A stretch of DNA of 58,510 nucleotides, from the IMG/VR virus record IMGVR_UViG_3300032087_002691, positions 1 through 58,510 of that record; one strand, 5' to 3'. This document shows positions 8,512 through 19,900 of the stretch, piece by piece. The notes under the pieces are model-generated. The model was not told where the DNA came from. It did no database searches and saw only the letters and a program-made list of their open reading frames with translations. Made by a program: the position numbers and the translations under genes. Positions within the stretch are counted from its first letter, which is position 1. Each line of letters begins with the position of its first letter. Origin of the DNA: a virus. Its lineage: Duplodnaviria; Caudoviricetes.

Positions 8512-11500
8512 TGGCTATTGATAAGCTTATTCCGCAATATCTCAACACCGATGATGACGAAAGAATCCTCAAGGTATATGAGATGGTTGATGCACTCAAC
8601 ATCAGAGTCTCTCACGAGGATGATGGAGACGCTGGTGTAGTCAAGAACGTAGAGGGGAATACGTCTATATCTCCAAAGAATGCATCCGACGCTATTCCTG
8701 CGTCAGGGATAAACAAGGTTATCGGCGCTGTGGGCTCAGAAGCGTACAAGTGCATATACTTCTTTTTATATAACGGGAACGATGGCCACGGCATATACAA
8801 GTACACAGCGCAGGCAGACGCTGATTCAAACGACACCTATCAAAAGGTTTACGAATCGCGTAGTCTCAACTTCAATATGCAGAGCTATGTCTCTGCTGAC
8901 CTCATTGTAAACCAGCAGGGCGAACATTTGCTGTACTTCACTGATGACAGGAATGAGCCTAGAAAGATAAACGCCACTAAGGCGCTATCTGGCTCATATC
9001 CATCAGAGTTCACTGGCGGTTCAGATGATGAAAAGGAGTTGTTCCTGACGGTGTGCAAGCAACCACCATTAGAGCCACCCACCTTTGTCTTCAACAGCAA
9101 CGCCTCGATAAAGAGGAACCAGCTACACAATAAGCTGTTTCAATTTGCTTATCAGTATGTGTATGATGACGGTGAGGTTAGCGCACTATCCCCATACTCT
9201 AAGATTGCCGTAAGCCCTAACCACTTGGCTTTCAACTCGTCTCAAAGAAACCTTTATGAGACGAACAATAACGAGATTAACATTTACGTTGACTGCAACA
9301 AGGGTCCAGTAGATAAGATTCGCCTCTTCGCTAGGGAGGGTCAGAACGGATACTTTGTAAGGATTGACGAGATTCCAAACAATCGCGAGGTAGACCAAGA
9401 GATTGTTACGTTTAGAAACGACGGTATCTATAACCAGCTTGACGAGAATAGTGCGAACAAGCTCTTTGACGCTGTCCCTAGGCAGGCAGCTGCCCAGACG
9501 TTCTCAAACAACAGATTGTTTTACGGGAACTACCTGGAGGGTTTTGACAACGTAGACACAGAGTCGATTCAATACCCAGTATATAAGAATATTTTCCTGC
9601 AGCCTGAGGTAAGGTCAAACATAGGTGGTACTTACAACACAGGTTTTTTCTATGATGTCGCCGCACTCCAGTTAACTGATTTTTATACCAGGACAGCAAG
9701 CGGTATTGGTAGTTCTTTTGAAGACTTAAGGTATCTAGAGCTAGGAGAAACAATAGAACCTCTTACCTCTAAATATATCCCTACTGGAGACTTCACAAAT
9801 GTTCAGCAGACATTCTCGTCTAATGCGCCTATTGGCTTTCAAATTGACACGAGCCAGATTCCTGAGAATGGATTTGAGGTTGCTTCAACAATCCTGCTGT
9901 CATACTCGATGGATGGGGACAGTATAGGGTTTTCGAATAATACGCTTCATTCGGTTGACGCGGACACCCATGATTATGAACTAACATCTTTTGATGTAGA
10001 TATAACCCTAAGGGAGGGAGACACAGTTGTCAGCGGTAACGGTATGCCCGCTCAGATTTCAGTTCTTAATCCAGCTAAGTTTGCTAGGAAAAACAACCTG
10101 GGCAACTATAAGGCGATACATAATTTTGACAGACAAGGGTGCTTAAACAACCTTAAGATTACTGGGGGAATGGATATAAGTGCCGAGGTGGAAGTCCCTG
10201 CTGGCACAAACAAACAGGGTATTGTTGACTTAATTGTACAGGCGATTAATCTTCACGCACCCCTTTCTGTTGGGGTGCACTCTGGCGTCAAGAGTGGGGA
10301 TGATATCGCAAATGACCTTTTGAGTTATAGCGCTGGTGATTTAAGCAATCATCTCTTAGCCTTCAAAGCAGATGATAGTGCGTTGAAATCCGCTGATATC
10401 TCATCGAATTATTTCTTGGGGGTAGGTGAAGATACTGACCGACCAGACATTCTGTTTGTCGAGTGGGATGGTGTGTTTACAATGACACCATCTGCAAACT
10501 ACGTTGCAAATCAAGACCACGTATTCGTTAGTCTCAAAACATCAAGCGTAGACCTGGCTGCGGTAGGTGCCGCAACATTTGCCGTCAATCAAAATATTTT
10601 AAATATCATTACGCCAACCACGAGCAAGTTTGCACCAACGTCACATCATACCGACGGTATCGTGACTGGATATGTGTTTAGCGCTAGTGAGATTGACTGT
10701 GAGATTCACACAGCGGATTTAACCAGCAATGGTGACGGCCTCCCATTTAAAGATATCGTTGGAAGTGACGCAACATTCCTTACAACAATTAGAAACGTTA
10801 ATGTTTCTGGTAACGGAGCCATCGTATTCAACGACAGCTCAGTAAGTGCAAACAAATCGTTTAAGTCTGGTGCTACTCACGAGTTCGGCATCGTTTACTT
10901 CGACAATAGAAACAGAAACGGAGGGGTTCAAAAACTAGGTTCTGTAGAGGTCGCACCGCTTGGCAGCAGCAAGAGGAACGGTAGGAACGGTACGTGCGAG
11001 ATTGATATCCGTCTGTTGCACGAGCCCCCAGAGTGGGCTGAAAGATGGGCGCCTGTATACTCTACAAACACGACGTATGACACGTTCCTTCAGTTTACTG
11101 TAGCTGAAGCGCTGTTACCTAACCTCACACTGTTTAGAGACATTTTGTCACCAGTAGATACGGACGACGAAAACGATTCTTTGCGTAATAGCAGACTTAT
11201 AAACTCATCTATTGGTGGGGATATTCGTTCAGCCATCTTCTTGTCTATGCGGACTCTTGAGGGTAAGAACAATTCCTACAAGGAGTTTAAGGGTGGAGAG
11301 ATTGATTATCAGTATCAAGAGGGTGACATCTTGAGAATCGTTTCATATGTGAACCCTCAGGGAGAAACAATTTACCCAGACGGAAAAGAGTTTAAAATTA
11401 CAGGGTATAACTACTTCATAGACAATGACGAGAACCCTCTTCAGGTATCTACTACATCTGTAGCCACTGTTGGTGACGATGAGGGTCAGGAGAAAGATGA

Positions 11501-14000
11501 TGTATACAGGAGGACTGGTTGGTTCTTAAGTATTAAGGATAACAACACTACCAACTTTAATAGAAGCAGCGTAGAGAACGCAACAGACTTTTTCAGTCAG
11601 AAGTGTGTCATTGAGATAATGAGGCCAAAGAAAAAGATTGAAAACCCTGTATTTTATGAGATGGGGCTGTCGTATCCTATCGTGGAGGTTAGCTCAAGAA
11701 GAACTCACGGAGGAGACAGGTCCAATAGCACTATCACGGGGCTGGAGTGTAAGGTTCTAAACGCCAACTACTTTGAGTCTGATACAAGATTCTACGTTGG
11801 AGATAAGGTCGTATTTGACCACTCTGTTGCTCAAGCAGATATCAACCAGAACAATTTTGTTTTCGTTGCTGGGGTCGCGCCGACAGGAACATCATACAGA
11901 TATTTCGTCGATTCAAGTAATCCGTTCGCGCCTGCGTCATTTAACCTCACGTATGATAGCTGCTACATTACATCTAGCTATTTGACGGCAAACGGAACAT
12001 TCCCTGGTGTTGTCACAATCAACGAGGGCGATGTATACATGAGGCAGAGGGAGATGCTTGTAAATGCGAAAACTCCATTTGCTCCAATAGCTGCAGGTAT
12101 AAACGACAGGGTGTATAGCCCAGACCAGCCGAGGAAGCAAGACTACACTACGTTTATTGTCGAGGATGACAGGGCTAGTGACTTCTTTGAAAGTGATGCT
12201 AAGTCCTTTGGTCGCGCTCATATTGAGACGCCAGACCAAGAGCGTATAAAGAGAATATCCTCCATTACGTACAGCGACCCATTTGCGTTTGATTCATCGC
12301 AACTAAACCTGTCGTCATTTAATCCGAATCTGTTCCCGTACTACGACATGCCATCGAAGCACGGTGAGGTTACGTCGCTGATTGACGGTAACGAGTCAAT
12401 CACGGTTCTTCAGGAGAGCAAGGTGTCTATCCTGCCTATCGGAAGGAACGTCGTCGAGATGAATGGCGAGAGCAACATGGTTGCGTCTACAAACGTGATA
12501 GGCACCCCAACATTTATGGCGGGGTCTTATGGGCCAGGTAACTCCCCAGAGGGTGTTGTTGAGCGGTTTGGGCAGGTGTACTTCTCTGACGTCAGAAGTG
12601 GTGTTGTGTGTAGGATTGACGGCAAGGGTATCACGCCTATCAGCTCAGAAAAGATGGAGTCATACTTCGAAGGCTTGTTTGGTGATGTCAACAATGCTGT
12701 CGCCAGACCTCGCGTCCCAAGTGGCTTTGACCCAGAGAACGGAGAGTACGTTGTCACAACAGAGGCAATAAGTCTGAACAAGATTGTTATTGATGGCGAT
12801 ACCATAGGGTATGGTCACTCGCCTATTGCGGGCACAGTCAACCCAGACCTTCAGGTATCCCCTAAGTTTGAGGACAGCTTGATTCTAACTTGGGGTACAG
12901 ACCCGTTGGATTGGGACGAGAGCGCTTGGGAGTCGGACGCCTGTACACCAGAGTGGGATGATTTGCATTCAGGCACCATCTATCTTGATAGACTTACAGA
13001 GACCAATGGGGTGTATGTAGACCCTTTGTATATAGGTGAAACACAGAATCTAAGAGTGGACACTATTGTTGAGGGTCAGCTGTACCGTGGTAGTGCATTG
13101 CTTTCACTCAAGGACTACACCGTTGATTTCTGTACAACGCTCATGGATATCGTTAACGGCGGTACCGATACATTGACGATAACTAGCATTACCGACCCAG
13201 AGCAGGCTACCGTGGCTTGGGGACCAAGCGTACAGAAGTGGCTTACGTTCTACTCATTCTATCCAGAGATGTACGCCAACGTTCAGAACAGATTCTTCTC
13301 GTTCAAGAACGGTCAAATGTATTATCACAACAAGAATGCTACACGCAACAACTTCTATGGTACTCAGTACACATCTAAGATAGACCTCATCTCTAAGGCA
13401 AACCCAAGTAGCATTAAGCTCTACAAGGCAATGAGTCTAGAGGGTAACGCTAACTGGGAGACGACGTTATCTAACGAGACACAACAAACTGCTGTTATAC
13501 AAAAGACTCACTGGAATGAAAAGGAAGGTTTGCGTTACGCAAACATACCTAGGGTTATTGATGAAGACCCAGGCGCGTCTACCGTTATATCATCTTCGGC
13601 TTACTCCGTAGTGGGTGAAGTTGCTTCTGTTGATTCTGGCTCTATAACATTTGTTAATGATATTAATAAGTCGCCTGTTATGACGGGTCCTTCATCTCTT
13701 ATGTATGTGTGCCGAGATGGAGAGTCCGTTTGGACGGTTATAGCGGCCCTAAAACTCACGGGCGTGTCATCAAAAAATAAAGCTATAACGAACATTGACC
13801 CTAGTACACTAAGTATTGGGGCTGGTGACATCTTGGCAAATGCTTGTATAACAGGTGTTAGTGGAGACACTCTTAGAGGCTACTACACGAAGCTCTCTAT
13901 GGAAAACGACGACACTACTGCGAAGGAATTGTTTGCTGTTAATGTAGTGTACGAACCATCACTCCTCCACAACGACGGAGGCCAACCTAATAATCAGTAA
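8511..14000 (+). CDS. Tail nozzle/stabilisation protein (P22 gp10-like)
   Basis: 1829 aa with LN.DDDER, LYFTD.RNEPRKIN, NRLFYGNYLEGFD, W.TFYSF.PE and LRG.Y motifs. Confidence 0.8.
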   Translation: MAIDKLIPQYLNTDDDERILKVYEMVDALNIRVSHEDDGDAGVVKNVEGNTSISPKNASDAIPASGINKVIGAVGSEAYKCIYFFLYNGNDGHGIYKYTAQADADSNDTYQKVYESRSLNFNMQSYVSADLIVNQQGEHLLYFTDDRNEPRKINATKALSGSYPSEFTGGSDDEKELFLTVCKQPPLEPPTFVFNSNASIKRNQLHNKLFQFAYQYVYDDGEVSALSPYSKIAVSPNHLAFNSSQRNLYETNNNEINIYVDCNKGPVDKIRLFAREGQNGYFVRIDEIPNNREVDQEIVTFRNDGIYNQLDENSANKLFDAVPRQAAAQTFSNNRLFYGNYLEGFDNVDTESIQYPVYKNIFLQPEVRSNIGGTYNTGFFYDVAALQLTDFYTRTASGIGSSFEDLRYLELGETIEPLTSKYIPTGDFTNVQQTFSSNAPIGFQIDTSQIPENGFEVASTILLSYSMDGDSIGFSNNTLHSVDADTHDYELTSFDVDITLREGDTVVSGNGMPAQISVLNPAKFARKNNLGNYKAIHNFDRQGCLNNLKITGGMDISAEVEVPAGTNKQGIVDLIVQAINLHAPLSVGVHSGVKSGDDIANDLLSYSAGDLSNHLLAFKADDSALKSADISSNYFLGVGEDTDRPDILFVEWDGVFTMTPSANYVANQDHVFVSLKTSSVDLAAVGAATFAVNQNILNIITPTTSKFAPTSHHTDGIVTGYVFSASEIDCEIHTADLTSNGDGLPFKDIVGSDATFLTTIRNVNVSGNGAIVFNDSSVSANKSFKSGATHEFGIVYFDNRNRNGGVQKLGSVEVAPLGSSKRNGRNGTCEIDIRLLHEPPEWAERWAPVYSTNTTYDTFLQFTVAEALLPNLTLFRDILSPVDTDDENDSLRNSRLINSSIGGDIRSAIFLSMRTLEGKNNSYKEFKGGEIDYQYQEGDILRIVSYVNPQGETIYPDGKEFKITGYNYFIDNDENPLQVSTTSVATVGDDEGQEKDDVYRRTGWFLSIKDNNTTNFNRSSVENATDFFSQKCVIEIMRPKKKIENPVFYEMGLSYPIVEVSSRRTHGGDRSNSTITGLECKVLNANYFESDTRFYVGDKVVFDHSVAQADINQNNFVFVAGVAPTGTSYRYFVDSSNPFAPASFNLTYDSCYITSSYLTANGTFPGVVTINEGDVYMRQREMLVNAKTPFAPIAAGINDRVYSPDQPRKQDYTTFIVEDDRASDFFESDAKSFGRAHIETPDQERIKRISSITYSDPFAFDSSQLNLSSFNPNLFPYYDMPSKHGEVTSLIDGNESITVLQESKVSILPIGRNVVEMNGESNMVASTNVIGTPTFMAGSYGPGNSPEGVVERFGQVYFSDVRSGVVCRIDGKGITPISSEKMESYFEGLFGDVNNAVARPRVPSGFDPENGEYVVTTEAISLNKIVIDGDTIGYGHSPIAGTVNPDLQVSPKFEDSLILTWGTDPLDWDESAWESDACTPEWDDLHSGTIYLDRLTETNGVYVDPLYIGETQNLRVDTIVEGQLYRGSALLSLKDYTVDFCTTLMDIVNGGTDTLTITSITDPEQATVAWGPSVQKWLTFYSFYPEMYANVQNRFFSFKNGQMYYHNKNATRNNFYGTQYTSKIDLISKANPSSIKLYKAMSLEGNANWETTLSNETQQTAVIQKTHWNEKEGLRYANIPRVIDEDPGASTVISSSAYSVVGEVASVDSGSITFVNDINKSPVMTGPSSLMYVCRDGESVWTVIAALKLTGVSSKNKAITNIDPSTLSIGAGDILANACITGVSGDTLRGYYTKLSMENDDTTAKELFAVNVVYEPSLLHNDGGQPNNQ

Positions 14001-14009
14001 ATTAGCAGC

Positions 14010-15191
14010 ATGTTTGACGAATACGGCAATCCAATATATCAACCAGGGATTGAATACAAGACAGAATTACCACCAGAACTTGGTAATTTTACGCTGGGTG
14101 CAATACCTTCTCCACAGCCCTTGCCCCCGCAGCTGGCCTTTCATCCAGGGGGTCGAGTTGCAGATGAGGTTGCTAATCCTGCTATGGATAAAGCTTTTTT
14201 CAATAGAGGATTGATGGGCGGTATTCAGGAAGTCTTTCAAACTTCCCCAGCAATGGCGCCTGAAGACATGGCGTCTATGCAGGTCACGAACCAATACCTA
14301 AGACCAGACCCATTTATTGACCAAGGCGGGGGTATGAAGCTACAGGGCGCTGGCATGATGACTAGTGGTGCTCTCGGTGTAGCGGGAGGTATAACGGATA
14401 TCATCCAAGGGACTAGGAACTTGCGTGATGCCAGAGCAGACCAAGCTTCCTCGCAAGCAGAGATTGATAAGCTTAAGGCGTCCCAGCCGTCGCTGTCTAC
14501 TCCAGCTGAATATTATGAGGCTGTAAAGAACGCATACGACTCCAGACTCATGCAGATGAGAACGGAGGACATCAACAGAAACCTGGCTAACACCACAGCC
14601 GCAGCGGCGTCGTTCGGCTCTAGAGGTCTAGGTGCTTTGGCTGGCGCTACACAGGCGGCAAATAGAGCTCAAAGACAAGAGGTGCTGACACAGCAACAGT
14701 TGCAGACTCAGAACCTGCAGCAGCTCGCTCAGGCACAGCAGAACACTATCGACAGAAAAGAAGCTCGTAACGTAAGAGAGACACAATATGCTCAGTCACA
14801 GCTGGAGGCTGCAAAGCAAGCGGCCATGATGGCTCAACAGCAGCGTATGTCTGGTATCGCAAGCACGGTGGGCGGAGTAGCACAAGCAGGTATGGGCTTC
14901 GGCGCACTGCGCACAGGAAATCAGCTGCTTGATATGGGGGCCAACATCGCTGGCCAATCGTTTAAAAAAGGTGGTAAGGTTCAGAAGACGCCAGGTAAGT
15001 TCTCTCATAAGGAGAACGAGATGGCTGTTGTAACCGAGGACGGAGAAGATACTGGCATCAGAGTTACTGGTGGTGAGTACGTGCTTAACCCAAAACAAGC
15101 AAGGGCTATTAAGATGTTGGTTGAGTCAGGAGACGCGAAAGCGCTTATGAAGTATATGGATAACCTTCTTGACGAACCTCAATTCGCATAA
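14010..15191 (+). CDS. Putative ejection (DNA-transfer) protein
   Basis: Gly/Ala-rich helices, Gln-rich coiled coil, C-terminal GG...SH..N...TGGEYVLNP motif. Follows the nozzle gene. Confidence 0.65.
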   Translation: MFDEYGNPIYQPGIEYKTELPPELGNFTLGAIPSPQPLPPQLAFHPGGRVADEVANPAMDKAFFNRGLMGGIQEVFQTSPAMAPEDMASMQVTNQYLRPDPFIDQGGGMKLQGAGMMTSGALGVAGGITDIIQGTRNLRDARADQASSQAEIDKLKASQPSLSTPAEYYEAVKNAYDSRLMQMRTEDINRNLANTTAAAASFGSRGLGALAGATQAANRAQRQEVLTQQQLQTQNLQQLAQAQQNTIDRKEARNVRETQYAQSQLEAAKQAAMMAQQQRMSGIASTVGGVAQAGMGFGALRTGNQLLDMGANIAGQSFKKGGKVQKTPGKFSHKENEMAVVTEDGEDTGIRVTGGEYVLNPKQARAIKMLVESGDAKALMKYMDNLLDEPQFA

Positions 15192-15193
15192 CC

Positions 15194-16945
15194 ATGGAAT
15201 ACAAGTTTGCATCTGACTACGCTAGAGAGGTCAGCGAAAAAATTCAAGGCGATATCGACAGAATCCTAGCCCAGAGAAGGGAGGCTTCTAATGCAGCCAA
15301 AGAGGAGGCTAGATATCAGGAGCAGAGAGAAAAGATGGACGACCAGCTTTACGGGTACACTAAGACATCTATGGAGGTGGCTCCGTCTGGTCTTGAGGGT
15401 CATTACGTCGATGGCGTTCAATACGCTCTTGATGAGGTGCAGAAAGCTTCAACTCAGCACAAGCTTAACCCAACTGAGGCTAATCGCTTAAAGATGAATC
15501 AGGCTAGGCAGCAGTACGAGAATATCAAGAATGTTGCCACAGCTAAGGGGGCTCAGAACTACCAGACAATGGTTTCTATTCGTAACGGCTCGATTAAGAA
15601 CCTAGCTAGTCGTGACGGTATGTCTGGTAAAGACTACGCAGAAAAACAGTATAGCGAGTACACCCAAGCTCCTTCATGGCAACTCTCAGAGGACGGTAAG
15701 CTTATGATTATGCAAGAGGATGGTGGTCTAGTAGACTGGAATACAACTAGATACGCTGACTTAAACGATGTTTTCGTGCCTCAGATAAAGGCGGAGGAGA
15801 GTGAGTTTATGTCTGACAAGATGGCTGAAGCGCTGTTTAAGAATAGGTATCAACCGAAAGAGAGTGATTATACCCTTAAGGATTCTGCCACTCAACTTCC
15901 AATAGGTATTCTCGACAAGGACAAACTATACGCCGACCTTACTGTCGCCATCAAAAGAGAAGGTATTTCGAATCCGCAGATGTGGACTGCGGCCTCCCTA
16001 GAACAGAGTAAAAGAGAAAATCCTGGTAGGGGTGATATGACCCCTAAAGACCAAACCGACGCCCTGGTCGCGTTCAATACTGATTTTCAGCAAGATTATT
16101 TCAGGCTAGAAGACGACAGTTTTGTTGGGATTACGGAAGGCGCGTTCAACTCCGAAGGTGAGTGGGTGTTTGAGGTAAATGATGATTTTGTCAAGCAATC
16201 AAATAAACCTGAAAAGGAGGGTATCATGGCGTGGAGGACAGCGTATAAAAATTACGTTGAGGACATTGCGCAAGGCGTGGAGGACCGCATAACTCCTACG
16301 AACCAGCTGTCAACAATTATGCAAATACAAGAACGGGAGGAACGCAACGCAACGGCTGCTGCTATAAAGAATCAGCAAGCTCAACTTAAGGCTCAAGAGG
16401 ATACACAAGCACTGCTAGATGAAACCTATGGCGTTCGAAAGTTTGACGACAATGGCACAGATATGTATTCTGTAGATATGCCAGTAGGCGCGTTGAGCAT
16501 AACCGTCCCTCAGACCGACGCTGATGATAACGCATACTCTTATAGAGATACTAACATCGTGTCCGACAATATTGCTGGTTTGAGTAATGTTGCTGTTCAA
16601 AACATTATTTATGGTGACTATAACGGAATGCCATACCCGCTCGCCATTGTGCTTAATTCACAGAAGGGGGTTAGCGGCAGTAAATACAACCAAACCAAAT
16701 CATCTACTAAAGAGTATACTATTGAAAGCACTGATGATGCGTTTGCAGGTATATGGCAATCTATAAAGAACAAGCAGAACGTGTATAAACATTTGGACGC
16801 TGTACCTGTAAAAATTTATGCGTTAGAAAAAGGCATCATAGATGAAAATGAGTTTGGTTCTGGTGGATTTGATTATGACAAAGCCGTAGAGGCATCTAGA
16901 CAGATGAATGCGTATGGAGCACTGCCCCCGTACCTGAGACAATAA
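15194..16945 (+). CDS. Putative internal virion/ejection protein
   Basis: 583 aa, helical, located between the ejection protein and the giant protein. Confidence 0.6.
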   Translation: MEYKFASDYAREVSEKIQGDIDRILAQRREASNAAKEEARYQEQREKMDDQLYGYTKTSMEVAPSGLEGHYVDGVQYALDEVQKASTQHKLNPTEANRLKMNQARQQYENIKNVATAKGAQNYQTMVSIRNGSIKNLASRDGMSGKDYAEKQYSEYTQAPSWQLSEDGKLMIMQEDGGLVDWNTTRYADLNDVFVPQIKAEESEFMSDKMAEALFKNRYQPKESDYTLKDSATQLPIGILDKDKLYADLTVAIKREGISNPQMWTAASLEQSKRENPGRGDMTPKDQTDALVAFNTDFQQDYFRLEDDSFVGITEGAFNSEGEWVFEVNDDFVKQSNKPEKEGIMAWRTAYKNYVEDIAQGVEDRITPTNQLSTIMQIQEREERNATAAAIKNQQAQLKAQEDTQALLDETYGVRKFDDNGTDMYSVDMPVGALSITVPQTDADDNAYSYRDTNIVSDNIAGLSNVAVQNIIYGDYNGMPYPLAIVLNSQKGVSGSKYNQTKSSTKEYTIESTDDAFAGIWQSIKNKQNVYKHLDAVPVKIYALEKGIIDENEFGSGGFDYDKAVEASRQMNAYGALPPYLRQ

Positions 16946-16977
16946 ATCGTTGAGTAGCTATTCATATCTTTGTTTCT

Positions 16978-19900
16978 ATGGAAACAAAAGAGCAGTTCCT
17001 TGAACGCTACAATGCAGCTGTCGCGGCTGGCGCCACACAAGCTGAGCTTCAAGCAATGATTGATGAGTTTGAAGCCTCAGAAGCGGGGCAGAAAGCTAGG
17101 GAAGAATACGAATACCTCAACCCTCCTAAGGAGAAAGTCGATGAGTATTTAGAATTTTTAAATTCTGACCTTCAAGACGAGGAGTATGTGAATAATTATC
17201 TTACTCCCAGTGTCCCTATTCACAGGGGCTGGATGGACATGCAGACTGGGGATTTGAAACAGGACCGTGATTTAGATATGAGCCCTGCGTTTGTTGCATT
17301 ACAGGCATATAACTATACATCTAAAGAAGCAGATGTATGGCATACTAGTGGGGGTAACATAGCGGACAAAGAATTTGGCTCTGAGATGGAAGATTGGTAC
17401 GGTAAGCAGTTTGTTGAGCAAAACCGTACATACAACAAAGGAGCCTTAGACTATAAGTACGACAATAACCTTTCGGCCTCAGAAAATAAATACTTAGAGG
17501 AAAGGCATTATCAGAAGCTGCGTTATACCGCTGCTATGTCTCCATTAGGTTGGGCTGACGTGGCCAAGGATTTAACCGATGATAAGAAAGAGGAGTTGAC
17601 GTCGCAAATTGTTACAAATCTTATAGAAATTGACAAGGCTTACAATGAGCGGCTAAAAAATCCAGATGAGTATGATGACTACATGCTCACTCCAGAGGAA
17701 CGTTCAGAATTCTTAGACAAGCAATTAGATTATTTTTCGATGCTTGGAGTTACTCTTAATGATGAGGCTTATGATGATTTTCAAAAGGAGTATAAGAGAC
17801 TTAACGATTATCGTAAAAAAGAACTGCTGGATAAATTCTCACTCAGCGAGCTATCAAACAAGATTGAAGAGAGGCACCTAGCTAAAAAAAGAGTTAATAT
17901 TGACAGCTGGGATTCTGAGTATGTAGAGCTCTATGGGCTTCAAAAATATAAGTTGAGCAACATGGTGCCTGAGGCCGTGCCCAGCACTACACTACCCTTT
18001 TTATTTTCTCCTTCCAAAAAATCATCCGTTCCGACTCAGGAAAATAGAATTGTATTTAGCCCAAATAAAGAGTATGATTTTGGTGATAAGACGATTAGCG
18101 GGGAAGAGGCTATGCTTCTTCAAGAAGTAGGAATAGCTCAACAAGAGGGGCTGGAAAGATTTGTACGCGCTCATTTCAGCCAAACGTACTACTACAAAGC
18201 ACTGCATCTTATTGGCGGGTTGCCATCACAGGGAAACAACGACCCTGCATCTTGGTTTAAACCCGACTCCAAGTTGGACGCTAATAGGCAGGATTTAATT
18301 GACGTAATAACAGAAAAGATTAATTCTGATTCCCCTTCGGAACAGCATGAGGGTTGGTTTATGCTTTTTTTAGGGAGCGGCGGTGAGCATAAAAACCCTG
18401 AGTTTACGGGCTTCTCTGCTGAAACAGATGAAGAAAGAATTATTCATTTGCTTAACGCATTTAGCAACTCCAACGACACACAATTATTCAAAGCCTTTCG
18501 TAATGGGTTTGACGGAGGTGAGGGTTTTACCTATGAGCCAGAAGGAATAATGGCGATAGACAGGGGGGTTTCAGTGCCTGAAGCTATGGCGCAGTCGCTA
18601 TTTCCTGACGAAATGTTTCACTTTGGATTTGAGGCATACGTCGGCGGCGTGGGTTCATTGTTTTCTGGTAAAGATTTGCATGATAAAGCAGGGCAGCTAA
18701 CAGTCTTTGCAAACCAATTAGAAAATGTATATCCAGACATCCGAGAAAAAGGCATATCGGCTATACCCGACTGGAGCTATAAAATTACGAAATCTGGAAG
18801 GACTGATAGGGAGCATTTTCAAGAAACTATGACTAGGATAAGGTGGGAGGGTATAAGCGGTTTGGAGGATATGGCTGTGGAGAATATAAAGACTAGAGCA
18901 TATGCGTATGCGTCTGAATACATGGGGCCTAAACTTAGGCGTACACTGGGCAAAGATTACAGTCAATCCAAGCTTAGGGAATTTGAACAAAAACTATATC
19001 GAGAATATGATACCCCAGCAGACTTGACTGGAGATGGGTATTATAATGAAAACAAAGAGGGTTGGGATGGATTTACAGAAGCTTTTGGCGGGGAGTTTGG
19101 GCGAGCATGGCGACAGTCATGGGACGGTATGGCAACACTGACTGAAAATACTCTTGTCCTAGCGGATATTATGCCAGAATACAGGGCAAAGTCAAATCAA
19201 AGGGCACGGCAAAGAGGCATAGACGCCATAACAAAAGAGCTTCGTGTATCTACTAGGTCGCTTAGCGATAAGTTTAACTCTGGCGACTTTACTGGATGGA
19301 TTACAGATGTAGGCACACAAACGGGTGGGTCGATTCCAATGATGGGTGCGGCGCTGGTTACTGGGTTTGTAACAAGAGGGAACTCAAAAGCCGTTGCTGT
19401 AGTCACTTCCGCCATGGGTGCCGCTAGTGTTTATTCTCAAAACAAAGACACTGAATGGTTTAAAAACTTATCTGGCGCAGAGGCAACGGGATTTGTACTT
19501 AGTAGTGGTATAGCAGAAGGTTTGCCAGCGTTGGTGGGAGCAAAGATTTTTTCTGGCCAGGGCTTTCTTGCAAAAAGGCTTGCCAGTACGCCGATGGGAA
19601 AGGCGGTTATGTCGGGTAGCGGGAAACAGGGTTTCTTGGGCTGGACCAGGGGCCTGATTATTGGAGCTGGGCTAGGCGCTACTGAAGAGGCTTTGACAGA
19701 GGGCGTTACCGCTGGGTGGCAGTACACGGCAGAAAGATGGGCGAAAAATCAAGCAGGGGAATACGCTACTTGGAACTATGATGACTGGTGGGCAGCCGTT
19801 AAAGAAGGAGCTCTTGCTGGTCTTGGCATGGGTGGTGTTTTTTCTGGAACTGGTACTCTTGTTCGAACTGTTTCAACTAAAAGTCTTGGTTCATTAAGAA